A DNA stretch of 61,781 bases, filler included, from Chloroflexota bacterium (GCA_043754535.1; 6 parts of 6 records of this genome joined end to end with filler, not necessarily neighbours in it); one strand, 5' to 3'. Shown: positions 9,763 to 20,701, numbered from the whole stretch's first letter. Notes: a model not told the origin generated them from the letters alone. Numbers and translations are program-made.

Positions 9763-12066
9763 ATGGCACAAGTAAACAGGCGTAGTGGGCGGCTAGTGGA
9801 TGCTGGGGTGCTGATAGTGTATGGGCTGATCACAGTGGTGATGACCTGGCCGCTGACGGTTACACTTGGTCGGCGGGCCAATCTTTCAGGTAGCATTGAC
9901 GAGTATATGTTCGTTTGGGGCTTCTGGTGGATGCGCTACTCTCTGCAAGACTTGCACACATGGCCTTTCCACACAGATTTGCTCTACCACCCTTTCGGTA
10001 CAGGTCTTGCTTTCCACGGCGGCCTCGTGCCACTGATCAGCATCCTTACCATCCCAATCCAGAGCATTTGGAACGCGGACACTGCCTACAATCTAAGCTC
10101 GCTGCTCGCTTTCGGCTTCTCTGCCTTCACCATGTACCTGCTGCTCAAGTACCTCGTTGCCAACCGCTGTGCTGCTTTCCTTGGCGGCGTGGCTTATGCC
10201 TTCTGCACCTACAAGTTCATGCAGCTGGGCCATCTGCACATCCAGAGTACTGAGTTCTTCCCACTCTACATCCTCTTCCTGATCAAAATGCTACGTGAGG
10301 AAGCGTATCAGTGGCGGCACGCTGCATTTGCGGGTCTTTGCCTGGCCTTCATCTTTCTTATAGATTACTACCAGACTGTCTATGCCATGTTCTTCACAGT
10401 CTGCTACCTGATCTACTATCTACTAGGTCGAGAGGGAGGTAGGACGGCAGCTAGTTGGCTGGCAGGACGGCGGTTGATTAACGGTTCAGCTCTGCTAAAG
10501 TTGGTTCGAAGACTGGCAATCCTTGGCCTAGTCTTTACAGTGGTAGGTAGCCCCTTGATCTTTGCTATCGTGCGAGACCTTGGCGCAGGAAACTATGTCA
10601 AATGGGGAGGAGAAAACATCTTCTATACCGACCTTGCTGCCTTCTTTGTACCCTTCACTCCTCTACTGAGCAGCTTCTCTTGGGTGCAGCAGGCTAACAT
10701 CCCGATCATCCACGATGGTGGCGTAGAGTCAGCTGCGTACTTCGGCTGGATGACGATCATCCTGATCAGTATAGGCACCTCGTTGCTGTGGCGCAAGCGT
10801 GCTGACTTCCGCTACTGGTTGGTCTTCCTACTGGTCAGTGTCCTCTTTGCTCTTGGGCCTGAACCACGCTTTCTAGGCTACCGCCTGCCGATCCCTGCCC
10901 CATACACTGTGTGGCAGTCAATACCCTTTCTCAATAATGCACGCTCGCCCTCACGCTTCAACCTGCTGATTACCTTTGCAGTTGGCGTGTTGGTAGCATA
11001 CAGTGTGGGTGCGATCATGAATGCACTTGCTAGACGCTTGAACAAGCGGCGGCTGGTGGCCGCTACTGTTCTTTTCCTTCTGATCGTGACCCCTGTAATG
11101 CTGGCCGAACACTACGTCATACCTCTGTACTTTCCTAAAAACTACCAGATCAACCCTGCTCCATATCTAGAGCAGATAGCGAGCGAACCAGGAGACCGTG
11201 CGGTGTTGACCTTGCCTATCGCAGGTGCGCTCAAGCCACAATTCGGTATCGAGCGGATCATGTATGACCAAACCTTGCACCACCATCCCACCTTTGGTGG
11301 CAGCATCTCACGACCACTAGCTACCTTCTACAACTACTACATTAGTGAAGAGTTTATCGCCATGCTTACCCCTGATCCTAGCAATCTCAGGGTTGCCAGC
11401 GTAGCGATGCAAGCGGTACTGAGCAATACAAAGGCTATGGCCTTCTACCGCTTGGATGCTGCCAGGTTGGCCTACTACACCAACATTGGCTACCTGGTTG
11501 TTCACCCACCAGCTTTGCCTGTCGGTGCCGGGTTGTTCATCAGCCAGACCATGCCTGTCGATCTGGTGTACATGAGCAAGTCCAGCTATGCACAATCGGA
11601 CACAGTAATTTACCGTGTGCGTGAGGCAGAGGTGGCACAGCTAGCGCAGACCGATACGGTGCAGCCAGGCCGCCTAGAAGCCAGTGTCTTCAGGCTGGAG
11701 GGCTGGGAGCAGATTGGCAAGAGCGGCCCCTTCGCCTGGACAACGGCGCAGGAGAGCGAACTGCTGACTACGGTGCAGGAGCCAGCCAACTACAGCGTAA
11801 CCATCCGCGCCGTACCCATGCTGCAAGCGGGCAAGCCACAGACGCTTACCTTCTACCTCAACGACGAGCAGCAAGCGGTGGGTAGCATTACCTTCGACCG
11901 TGATGGCTGGCGCGAGGAGACGATCAGCATCGGGCGGGAACACTGGCGGCTGGGGATGAACAAGCTGCGGCTGCGTACCAGCTACATCACCAGGCCGAAC
12001 AACGGTGATGGGCGGCTGCTGGGGGTGGGGGTGGAGTGGCTGAAGTTCACACCAACGGGCAAGTTA
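9763..12066 (+). CDS. Polytopic membrane protein, YfhO/GT-C-like; ends at TTA 12064-12066 (standard-code end 12114)
   Basis: Many TM helices, FHTDLLYHPFG, ARSPSRF, QTLHHHPTFGG motifs, C-terminal beta domain ending DGRLLGVGVEWLKF; in a GT operon. Confidence 0.75.
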
Positions 12067-13887
12067 GCCGTGCCGCTCTGCCTTCCTTGCGCTGGCCTCA
12101 GCGAAGTAGGCTAGCAGATCGTCCAGCGAGCGGGTGTTGAGGATGTCGGCGGCAGTAGCCCAGCCGCGTCTTGCGTTGGCGACCCCTAGCTCGGCATTGG
12201 GCGCGAAGCCGTCGGGGTGATGTGAGTCGCTGTCAATGGTCAGCTTCACGCCTGCTTGCACCGCCCAGCGCACGTAGCGGCTGTCCAGGTCGAGGCGTTC
12301 GGGCGAACCGTTGATCTCCAGGGCGGTGCCAGTTTCCGCTGCTGCCGCGATCACCTGCTCCATATCGAGGTCGGCTGGTTCGCGGCTGATCAGCAGCCTG
12401 CCGGTCGGGTGGGCGATGATATCCACATGGGGGTTACGCATTGCCCCGATCATGCGGGCTGTCACCTGCTCACGGGGTTGGCGCAGACCGACGTGGACGC
12501 TGGCGACGACCACATCCAGCCCCGCCAACACGGAGTCGGGGAAGTCGAGGCTGCCGTCCAGCAGAATCTCCATCTCCACGCCATGCAGCAGGTGAAAGTC
12601 CAGCCCCTCAGCGGCAAACTGCGCATTGATGCGCCTGATCTCTGTTGCTTGCTGCTCAAGGCGGGCTGCATCCAACCCCCGCGCAATGGTCAGCGAGTGG
12701 GTATGGTCGGTCAGGCAGGCGTAGCGGTAGCCCTGGGCGGCTGCGGCGCGGGCCATCACCTCAATCGGCTTTGCGCCGTCGCTCCACTCGCTGTGCATAT
12801 GCAGGTCGCCGCGCAGGTCGGCGACCTCTACTAGCTTCGGCAGCGTGCCAGCGATAGCTGCCTCGATCTCGCCCTGCCCCTCGCGCAACTCCGGGGCGAT
12901 GTAAGGCAAGCCCAGGTGGGCGTAGACCTCGGCTTCGGTCGCGCAACGGATCGTCTCGCCCGCTGGTTCGCCACCTTGCAGGGGGGTGAGGCCGTACTCG
13001 TTGAGCAAGTAGCCGCGTTCGGTCGCCAGCGTGCGTAGCTGGATGTTGTGCTGCTGGCTGCCAGTGAGGTGCTGCAAGAGGCTACCGTAGTGGTCGGGCG
13101 GCAACACCATCAGGTCAACGCGTAGCCCATTGCGCAGGTGGATAGTCGCCTTCGTGTCGCCGCCTATCACCTGCTCGGCCTGGGGCAGGCTGGTGAAAGC
13201 ATCAACTACCGCCTGGGTATCCGCAGCGGTTGCCAACAGGTCAATATCGCCGATGGTTGGCAGCCGCCTCCGCAGACTGCCCGCCGCCTCCAGCCGCTCG
13301 ACCGCAGGCACCCGCCGCCGCAGGGTGGCGATCAGGTCGCGGGCGATGGGCAGGGCTGTGCCAAGCGGGGTACGATTGTCGGCCTGGCGCAGCAGCGCAA
13401 TCCCTTTGAGGATGGTTTGCTCTGCCTTCAGCCCCTGGCCGGGGACTGTGCGGATGCGGCCCTCGTGCGCGGCGGCCTCCCACTCATCAAGCGTGGTAAT
13501 GCCCAGCTTGTTGTAGATCGCCATTACCGTGCGCGGGCCGATCTCTGGGATGCGGGTGATCGTAATCAGGCCGGGTGGCACTGTGGCGCGCAGGCGGTCA
13601 TAGAAGGCCAGTGCGCCTGTCCTCATCAACTCGTCAATCTTTTTGCTGATCGCCTCACCCACCCCAGGGATTTCTAGCAGCTTGCCCGCCCGCCAGACCT
13701 CGACCAGATCGGCAGGCAGATTGAGGATGGTGTCACCGGCCTTGCGGTAGGCCCGCGACTTGAAGGGCGACTCGCCCCGCAACTCCATCATGTCGGCAAT
13801 CTCAAAGAGGATACGAGCTACGTCGCTGCTGCTCGACCGTGCTTCGCTATCCAGCGGCGGGGTGGCGACGGTTGTCTGCTCAGTCAT
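12064..13887 (-). CDS. polX: DNA polymerase/3'-5' exonuclease PolX (PolX + PHP domain)
   Basis: AGSLRRRLPTIGDIDLL, TGSQQHN, GDLHMHSEWSDG, TDH, DSDSHHP; GGAGGG RBS before ATG 13887. Confidence 0.95.
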   Translation of the reverse strand: MTEQTTVATPPLDSEARSSSSDVARILFEIADMMELRGESPFKSRAYRKAGDTILNLPADLVEVWRAGKLLEIPGVGEAISKKIDELMRTGALAFYDRLRATVPPGLITITRIPEIGPRTVMAIYNKLGITTLDEWEAAAHEGRIRTVPGQGLKAEQTILKGIALLRQADNRTPLGTALPIARDLIATLRRRVPAVERLEAAGSLRRRLPTIGDIDLLATAADTQAVVDAFTSLPQAEQVIGGDTKATIHLRNGLRVDLMVLPPDHYGSLLQHLTGSQQHNIQLRTLATERGYLLNEYGLTPLQGGEPAGETIRCATEAEVYAHLGLPYIAPELREGQGEIEAAIAGTLPKLVEVADLRGDLHMHSEWSDGAKPIEVMARAAAAQGYRYACLTDHTHSLTIARGLDAARLEQQATEIRRINAQFAAEGLDFHLLHGVEMEILLDGSLDFPDSVLAGLDVVVASVHVGLRQPREQVTARMIGAMRNPHVDIIAHPTGRLLISREPADLDMEQVIAAAAETGTALEINGSPERLDLDSRYVRWAVQAGVKLTIDSDSHHPDGFAPNAELGVANARRGWATAADILNTRSLDDLLAYFAEASARKAERHG

Positions 13888-13979
13888 AAACGCGCTCCCT
13901 CCTGTAATTGCTAGCTGTGGTAGCAGAAAGGCGCACCCGCGTGCGCCCAATCTACTGCTTACCGACATAATTGATGTGA

Positions 13980-14570
13980 TAAGCTGGGGTTGACTGGGGT
14001 CAGGTAGTCCTCGTTGAGGATGTCATCGTCGTCATCCTCCTCCTCATCGCGCAACAGATAGAACAGGAGCGCACCGACCAGGGCCAGGACGATCAGCAAT
14101 GGGCTGAAACCACCGCCACCCTTCTTCTCGCCCTGCTTGCCATAGTTACGCAGCCACTCCACGTTGTCCTGTTCGGCGCGAATGTGCTTGGCGAGGGTGT
14201 CGGCTACGTCGTCGCTCACTTCAGGTAGCTTGTCAATGTAGCTCTTGATGCCCATCGCTTCTCCCCGCAGGCTGCCTTCCAGCGACGAGTAGTCGGACTT
14301 CTGGCTGCGCAACTTGCTGCTCAAGCCCACGACTGCCTCAAACGGGCTGCGCTTGTCCAGGCTCTCGGTATCGCCGCCCAAGTCTTCGTAGAGGCTGATC
14401 AGTTCGTCGCGGCGACGAGCAGCCTGATTGCGGAAGGTGGCGTACTGCTTACGTAGCTTCTTGTCCCCAATCTCCTCAGCAGAGCTATCGTAGGCTTCAA
14501 TGGCGATGTTGTTGCCCTTGACCAGTTCCTCGATAGCCTTCAGCGTCTTTTTGTCTGGCTTGTTGCTCAT
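13980..14570 (-). CDS. DUF2383/PA2169-like four-helix-bundle protein with C-terminal TM helix and acidic tail; first TTA at 13980-13982 (standard-code end 13959)
   Basis: Ferritin-like pattern (GNNIAIEAY...GEAMGIKSY), TM segment LLIVLALVGALLFYLL; AGGAG RBS. Confidence 0.65.
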
Positions 14571-14683
14571 TATTGTCTCCTCTATAACTTGGCTTGGTTG
14601 CTAGTGGGAGGCTAGCAATATGCGTGCCAGCCGACGAACAAAAAGAAGGAGGTGGCAACCCACCCCCTCCTGCCCAGCTTCCC

Positions 14684-15649
14684 CTACTTGCCTGGTACGC
14701 CATAGGTGTGTAGGCCGCCGAGGAAGTAGTTGCCGAGGAAGGTGAACACCGTAGCGACCAGGCCGAGGACGAGCAGCCAGGCCGAGCGGCTGCCCTTCCA
14801 GCGTGGCAGGCTGTGCGCGTGCAGGTAGACCCCGTAGACCAGGGCGGTGACGAGGGCGGCGGTCTCCTTCGGATCCCAACTCCAGAAGGCACCCCAGGCA
14901 TCCTTCGCCCACAAGCCGCCGAGGACGAGGACGGCGATCATCAGGGGGAAGCCGATCAGCACCGACTGGTAGCCAATATCGTCGAGGACGATGCGGCTAG
15001 GCAGCCACTTGCGCTTCGGCTCCTTGTCGCGCTGCAAGAGGTACATGATTGCCGCGCCACCCGCGACCACGAAGCCACCATAGGCGGCGATAGCCATTGC
15101 CACGTGGATGGTCAGCATCAGGCCGTTCTGCAAAGCCGGGATCAGGTTCTTCACGTCGCGCTGCTCTGGCATCAGCACGGGGATGATGATCGCATAAAGG
15201 CCGATCAGCGCGCTGAGGGGGGCGACGAACGCGCCTAGCGACTGCTGGCGGAACTGGCGCACGAGAATAAAGCCAATCAGGGCGGTGGAGAAGGTGAGGG
15301 CCGAGGCAAACTCGTACTGGTTGGAGTAGGGGGCGTGGCCGGTGACGATCCAGCGGAAGGTGACAGCCAGGGCCAGGAAGATGATCGCAACCACGTGCAG
15401 TACATTGGCATAGGTGCCAGCAGGGTGGCGCGGTTGCATGGTCGCCTCGGCCTTGAGGCTGACTGACGTGTTGCCGCCGCCGCTGGTGGCAAGCTGAGCG
15501 GTAGTGCGGCTTGCCAGCACCCCTTGCTTCAACAGGTAGTAGGCATAGAAGCCACCAGCCAGCAGCAGGGTCATCGTCCCCGCGACCAGCATATAGAGGT
15601 TCAGGCGATCCAGGCCATCCAGTTTTGCTGCAAAGACAATTGTGTTCAC
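14684..15649 (-). CDS. ccsA: Cytochrome c biogenesis protein CcsA/ResC (system II)
   Basis: WAKDAWGAFWSWDPKET WWD motif, GHAPYSNQYE, HVAMAI, GLHTYG. Confidence 0.95.
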   Translation of the reverse strand: MNTIVFAAKLDGLDRLNLYMLVAGTMTLLLAGGFYAYYLLKQGVLASRTTAQLATSGGGNTSVSLKAEATMQPRHPAGTYANVLHVVAIIFLALAVTFRWIVTGHAPYSNQYEFASALTFSTALIGFILVRQFRQQSLGAFVAPLSALIGLYAIIIPVLMPEQRDVKNLIPALQNGLMLTIHVAMAIAAYGGFVVAGGAAIMYLLQRDKEPKRKWLPSRIVLDDIGYQSVLIGFPLMIAVLVLGGLWAKDAWGAFWSWDPKETAALVTALVYGVYLHAHSLPRWKGSRSAWLLVLGLVATVFTFLGNYFLGGLHTYGVPGK

Positions 15650-15680
15650 TTGCTTTCTCCTCTATTTACCCCAAACCAAC

Positions 15681-17318
15681 TTAAGCTGTTGCCAACTCGC
15701 GCTCATGGCGCAGATCGTACTCCTCGTCGAGGGCCGTCGAGCGGTGCAGCATGGTGCCACCCGCCGCCTGCAAGTCTTCACCAACGCGTAGCATCTTGCC
15801 CGCCAGTCCGGCTCTACGGCTGGCCTGTCCCTTGAGCAGCACCACGCTGCCACCTTCACGGGGTTCGACCCGCGCCCAGAGGCGGCGCACCGGGAAGTAG
15901 AAGACGAGCATGATGCCGAAGATCATCAGGGTGCTAGCAACCACTACCAGGTTCATACCGGGATCGCGCCCAACCTGGAGGCCGCTGAACAGCCGTTCAC
16001 GCTGGAAGGTGACGGTCAGCCCCTGCTGGCTGCTACTCTGCCGCTGGCCGAGGGTAGCCTCCCACAGCGGCTGGTCGCTGCGGATGGCGTAAGCGCGCAG
16101 GTACATCTGGCCCGGCTTCACCTGCTCGTCACCCTGCCCAGCAGAGGAGACCACATCAACCTGCACCTCACCATTGCCGAGGCTGAACGAACCCATGGGC
16201 CGGGTGGGGCCATACATCTTGCTGCGGTAGGCTAGCGGCACGCTACCTTTGTAGACTGTCACCCCAGTCGCGTCCTTCACCTCGATGTCGGCAGCATTGC
16301 CAAAGAACGCCTGATGGAACTTGACCCCATCAATGTCCAGCGGGTCATTGACGCGGATCGTTTTGCGGGCGATCTCCTGGCCGTTACGGGTCACGGTCAG
16401 GTCACTGCGGTAGTCTGCTGGGCGACCGTCTGGATAGTTCTCCGAGAAAAAGCCATTGTTGTAGACGACCAGGCCCGTCCCCTGGCCCACTTCACGGCTA
16501 CTGCCTTGCGGCACGGCGAAGTCCACTAGCTTGAAGCTGTCACCCATCAGCGTTCCCCAGATCGCGCCAATGAAGATGAGGACGATACCGATGTGGTTGA
16601 GGTAGGTGCCAAGCGGCAGCAGGTGGAAGCGGTCGGCGTAGAAGCTGCGCGAGCCGTCCTCATCAGCCTGACTTTCCTGGTAGCGCACGCGCAGGCCGCC
16701 CGCAAGGGCAGCCGGTAGTTTGGCCGCTACCTCGTTGGGGGTGGCGGCGAACTGATAGCTGGCGGCATACTCACCGTGGGCGTAGAAGCGGGGGCCAACC
16801 TTCATGCGAGTGGCGGTCGCCTGCTTCCAGGTGGCGGGCAGGCGGTTGAGGGTGCAGACTACTATGTTAAGGGTCAGCACCGCCAGCAGCCCCTTGAACC
16901 AGAGCGTGCTAAAGAGGTTGAACAGGCCGAGGTCGAACATGATCCCGGTCAGGTCGCCAAAGCGCGGCTGCATCCCGGTCGTCCACATCTTGCGGCTGGC
17001 AGGGTCACCGAGCAACTCTGGCGGCATCTGGATGATCACGGTGCCGAGCAGAGTGGCGAAGGCGATCAGGGCGATCAGGGACATCGCCAGCTTGACCGAG
17101 CAGAAGAACCGCCAAACCGCCTCGCCAAAGCTGTTGACGCGCACACGGGCGGAGGTTTCGATCACCGGCACGGTCTCACGCTCTGCCTTCTTTGGCATGA
17201 AGGGAGCAGAGGGAGGGACGATCACCCTCACTTCGTCGTTGACCAGGGCAGTCTCGCCCCGCGCAACCCGACGGCGGCGTTCCTCCCGTTCCTTATTGCT
17301 GTTGATTTGGCTAGCCAT
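15681..17318 (-). CDS. resB: Cytochrome c biogenesis protein ResB/CcsB
   Basis: FFCSVKLAM...GTVIIQ, CTLNR, YLNHIG, IRVNDPL, GRDPGMNLV. Confidence 0.92.
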   Translation of the reverse strand: MASQINSNKEREERRRRVARGETALVNDEVRVIVPPSAPFMPKKAERETVPVIETSARVRVNSFGEAVWRFFCSVKLAMSLIALIAFATLLGTVIIQMPPELLGDPASRKMWTTGMQPRFGDLTGIMFDLGLFNLFSTLWFKGLLAVLTLNIVVCTLNRLPATWKQATATRMKVGPRFYAHGEYAASYQFAATPNEVAAKLPAALAGGLRVRYQESQADEDGSRSFYADRFHLLPLGTYLNHIGIVLIFIGAIWGTLMGDSFKLVDFAVPQGSSREVGQGTGLVVYNNGFFSENYPDGRPADYRSDLTVTRNGQEIARKTIRVNDPLDIDGVKFHQAFFGNAADIEVKDATGVTVYKGSVPLAYRSKMYGPTRPMGSFSLGNGEVQVDVVSSAGQGDEQVKPGQMYLRAYAIRSDQPLWEATLGQRQSSSQQGLTVTFQRERLFSGLQVGRDPGMNLVVVASTLMIFGIMLVFYFPVRRLWARVEPREGGSVVLLKGQASRRAGLAGKMLRVGEDLQAAGGTMLHRSTALDEEYDLRHERELATA

Positions 17319-17911
17319 AACTTTGCAAACCCATATTTGATAGTCAAATCTTTGAGCAGGGCTGGATTGAGTGGGCCAAGCTGGATGTGGACGATCTTGC
17401 CCGTGCTATCGAGCAGGAAGCTGCTGGGGGTGGCGGCCAGCTTGTAGGCTTTGGTTACGGCCCCATCGAGGTCGAGCAGGATAGGGAAGCTGTAGAGGGC
17501 AGTCTTGCCATCGGGCTGCACGTAGTTCTTGACCGTCGCCGCATCCTCGCGGATGTCTACACCAATCACGGCAAAGCCAGCGGCCTTGTACTGGGCGTAG
17601 GTGTCCTCAAGGTCGGGCATCTCGGCGCGGCAATCGGCGCACCAGCTAGCCCAGAAGTTGACGAGGGTCAGCTTGTTAGCCTTTGCGGTCTGCATCAAAT
17701 CTACAGTGTTGCCGCGCCAGTCGCTGAGGGTGAAGCCGGGCGGCTGGCTGCCAATGGCGATCTCTACCTGCTGACCGTTCTTGAGGTCGCCCACAGCCTT
17801 ACCATCACCATCTTGCAAGCTGCCGACGGCCCCGCTAGTGTTGTCGCAGGCTGCCAGTACCATCAAGGCCAGGGTGACGACCAACATCAGGTTGATGCGC
17901 TGCTTGATCAA
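17318..17911 (-). CDS. resA: ResA/TlpA-family thiol-disulfide oxidoreductase lipoprotein; ends at TTA 17318-17320 (standard-code end 17228)
   Basis: Lipobox LAAC, LVNFWASWCADCRAEMP, TPSSFLLD; first gene of the resABC-like operon. Confidence 0.88.
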
Positions 17912-18043
17912 TAGAAGTTCCCTCCACTTTCGGGCCTACCCACCATCTTCAAGTATAGCCCCCGGCCTAAACAGTGTCAAGCAGGGGGCATATAAGTTCC
18001 ATATAAGGGTCAGGGCTGACTGCTAGCGAAGGCACAACCACAG

Positions 18044-20701
18044 TTACTTCTTTGCTAGTCCTGGCAGCACGGTGAAGTTGGCTGGCACATTGACTATCTG
18101 CCCCCGCACTAGCAGACTGATGATGGCCGGGTCAGGGCTACTGGGCGTGTTGAATGGCACCTGAAAGCTGATCGCACCGTCGGCCCAGGTGATGATCGTC
18201 ATTGCTGTGTTGTTGATCAGCAGGCTGCTGCTGCCCTGGGTGCTGCCGAAGCCCACTCCGCTGATCGTTACCGTCACGCTGCTGCCAGCTACGGCGGCGG
18301 TGGGGTTGATGCCAGTGGCGACTGGGTTGACGGGCGTAGGGGTGCGGGTGGGGGTGCGGGTGGGGGTGCGGGTCGGGGTAGAGCTAGGGGTGGCCGTCGT
18401 GCTAGCCGTTGGGCTAGCTACAGTGCCACTGACCGTCGCGCTGGCGGTGAGGGTGGGGCCACTACTGGTGGCAGTGGCGGTGGCAACTGCTGGGCTGGCG
18501 GTAGCGGTTGTGGTCGGGCTGGGCGTACTGGTGGCAGTGGCGGTGCTGGCAGTGAGCCGCAGTTGGGTGTAGATGATCTTCGACAGTTCGGCGCGGCTGA
18601 CGCTGCGAGCGGGCTGGAAGCTACCGTTGCTGTAGCCTGCAATCACCGCGTAGGCGGCGGCGGTCTCCACATAGGGGTATGACCAGCTACCTGGTAGCAC
18701 GTCGCTGAAGTGGCCGCTGGGTGGGTTTTGCAGCGGCCAGCCGACCCCGCGCACGATCATCTTACTCAACTCACCGCGATTGACCACATTGGCGGGGCGG
18801 AACAGACCGTTGGGGTAGCCGCTGACCACACCCCGTGCGGCAGCGGTCTCCACATAGCGGTAGGCCCAATAGTTGCCAGCTACGTCGCTGAAGGTTGGCG
18901 TGCTGGGGTTGAGCAGGGGCCAGCCGTAGGCCACGCTGAGCAACTTCGCCATCTCGTCGCGGCGGGTGTTGGCGTTGGGGCGGAACGAGCCGTCAGGGTA
19001 GCCGCCGATGATGTTCTGCTCTGCCAGCCAGCCAATGTAGCCGCCCGCCCAGTAGTTGGCTGGGACATCCCAGAAGCGCAGGTTGGTGACGGTGAAGGGG
19101 TAGAGGCCGCTGCTGTAGGAGTTGGTCGCTGTGTCGTTCGCCAGCACTTGCGCGCTATAGGCCAGGTCACCGCCGGTGCTGTTGGCTGGCACGGGGTAGC
19201 TGCCCTGCCAGGTGCCAGCCGCCGTGCTGCCACTAATGAGGGTCATTGGCACGATAGTTTGGGGCCGCACAGTATCGCCAGGGGCGAGTGGCTCGTTGAC
19301 GATCAGGTAGACATTGGCGACTGGTGAACTGTCGGGGTCGCTGACGCTGGCGGTGACGCTGAGGCTACCCCCGCCGCTGCTGAAGCGAGTCTGGTTGAGC
19401 GTCACATCACGGATGCTAGGCGGCTGCTCCCCAGGGGTGGCGGTGGGGCTGGGCAGCGCAGTGTTGGTGGCGGTAGGGGTTGCAGGGTGGGCGGTTGGCG
19501 TGTAGGTGGCGGGCGGATTGGCGATCCAGCTTTGCAGGGCGGTGTAGGCTGGGCGGGGGCTGCGGTTGAAGCCACCTGCCGTGTGGTAGCCATAGACTGC
19601 GAAGAAGTTGAAGGGGTGACAGCGGTCGTACCAGGGGGCGAGACTAAAGTCCAGGTCGAAGACGATCATTACCTCCATCCAGGGCCAATAGCTGCGCGCC
19701 CACTGCACCGCGCCAACCAGGTTGTTAGCCTGCTGCTGCTGCGTCCAGATGTAGTACCAGGCGGGTTGGGGGCAGTCGGCTGCACCCGCAATGCTAGCCG
19801 GGTTGATCGCCCAGCCCATCTCGGTCGCCCACATCTTCTTGCCCCCATCACCATTGGCAGCCATCTCGTTGTGCTGCAACTCGGCACGGCGGAAGGTGAG
19901 ATAGTTGCTGGTGCGTGGGTCTTTCTCTGGGGTGTTGTTGAAGCCGTAGGGATGAGTGCTAAGTACGTCGAAGACGCTGCTCGGCACCCCAGCCGTGTTC
20001 TGGTACATCCCACGAATGTAGAGAATATCGTCCAGATGGCAGTCGCTAATGCGCCCATCTATGCCCCTGAACGGCTTGCGCTGTACGCCAGCATCGTACT
20101 CCTGCGGAGCGTCGGGTCGATACTCGGCGACGGTGGTTACGGCACCAGCCACGATCTTGATCGTGCTACTTACCGCCCGCACGCCGCTGCGCCCGGCCTG
20201 GATCAGTTGCATATACTGGCTGGGATTGGGGCAGAGATTGCCCCAGTTGTAGTCCAGGTTAGGCTCGTTCCAGAACTCGAAGGCTGCTGGTGGCTTGCCC
20301 AGATCGTTGACCAGGTGATTAGTCAGGGCTTGCATGAAGGTAGTGAAGGTAGCCATGTTGCTCGGTGGGCGACTGCTGGGACTGCCAGCCACCCGCGCCC
20401 AGGCAGGGGTATCCATCACCCGGATGATAATGTTCAGCCCGGCTGCGCCGTTCATGATGTTGTTAGCATCGCCCCAGTTATAAGTGCCATTGGTGGGGTT
20501 GGCAACCTCCCAGGAGAGGGTGTATTCAGCCCACTGCGCCCCCATGTCGGCGGCCACGCTGTTGTTCTCAATAAGGGACATGGTGAAGCCGAGGCCATTG
20601 GTGTTGAAGGCAGGTTGGGCGGGAGCCGCTGTGCTGCTAGCAGGCAAGGTCAGCAGCATAGTTAGCAGGAGGAAAGCAGTTAGTTTGCGCGATTTGCTCA
20701 T
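18044..20701 (-). CDS. Secreted GH5/GH39-like glycoside hydrolase with three SLH domains, Thr-rich linker and IPT/TIG domain
   Basis: Signal peptide, FEFWNEPN and WATEMGW catalytic Glu motifs, FWDVP...GYPDGSFRPN SLH repeats. Confidence 0.85.
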   Translation of the reverse strand: MSKSRKLTAFLLLTMLLTLPASSTAAPAQPAFNTNGLGFTMSLIENNSVAADMGAQWAEYTLSWEVANPTNGTYNWGDANNIMNGAAGLNIIIRVMDTPAWARVAGSPSSRPPSNMATFTTFMQALTNHLVNDLGKPPAAFEFWNEPNLDYNWGNLCPNPSQYMQLIQAGRSGVRAVSSTIKIVAGAVTTVAEYRPDAPQEYDAGVQRKPFRGIDGRISDCHLDDILYIRGMYQNTAGVPSSVFDVLSTHPYGFNNTPEKDPRTSNYLTFRRAELQHNEMAANGDGGKKMWATEMGWAINPASIAGAADCPQPAWYYIWTQQQQANNLVGAVQWARSYWPWMEVMIVFDLDFSLAPWYDRCHPFNFFAVYGYHTAGGFNRSPRPAYTALQSWIANPPATYTPTAHPATPTATNTALPSPTATPGEQPPSIRDVTLNQTRFSSGGGSLSVTASVSDPDSSPVANVYLIVNEPLAPGDTVRPQTIVPMTLISGSTAAGTWQGSYPVPANSTGGDLAYSAQVLANDTATNSYSSGLYPFTVTNLRFWDVPANYWAGGYIGWLAEQNIIGGYPDGSFRPNANTRRDEMAKLLSVAYGWPLLNPSTPTFSDVAGNYWAYRYVETAAARGVVSGYPNGLFRPANVVNRGELSKMIVRGVGWPLQNPPSGHFSDVLPGSWSYPYVETAAAYAVIAGYSNGSFQPARSVSRAELSKIIYTQLRLTASTATATSTPSPTTTATASPAVATATATSSGPTLTASATVSGTVASPTASTTATPSSTPTRTPTRTPTRTPTPVNPVATGINPTAAVAGSSVTVTISGVGFGSTQGSSSLLINNTAMTIITWADGAISFQVPFNTPSSPDPAIISLLVRGQIVNVPANFTVLPGLAKK

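Noticed and set aside
18330..18380. GGGGTGCGGGTG tandem repeat
   Set aside because: Encodes a TPTR linker in the SLH protein; not CRISPR or mobile
19487..20665. Long antisense ORFs (this one, 3214-3942, 5401-6132, 37152-37949 and others)
   Set aside because: Shadows of GC-rich coding strands; no motifs or RBS
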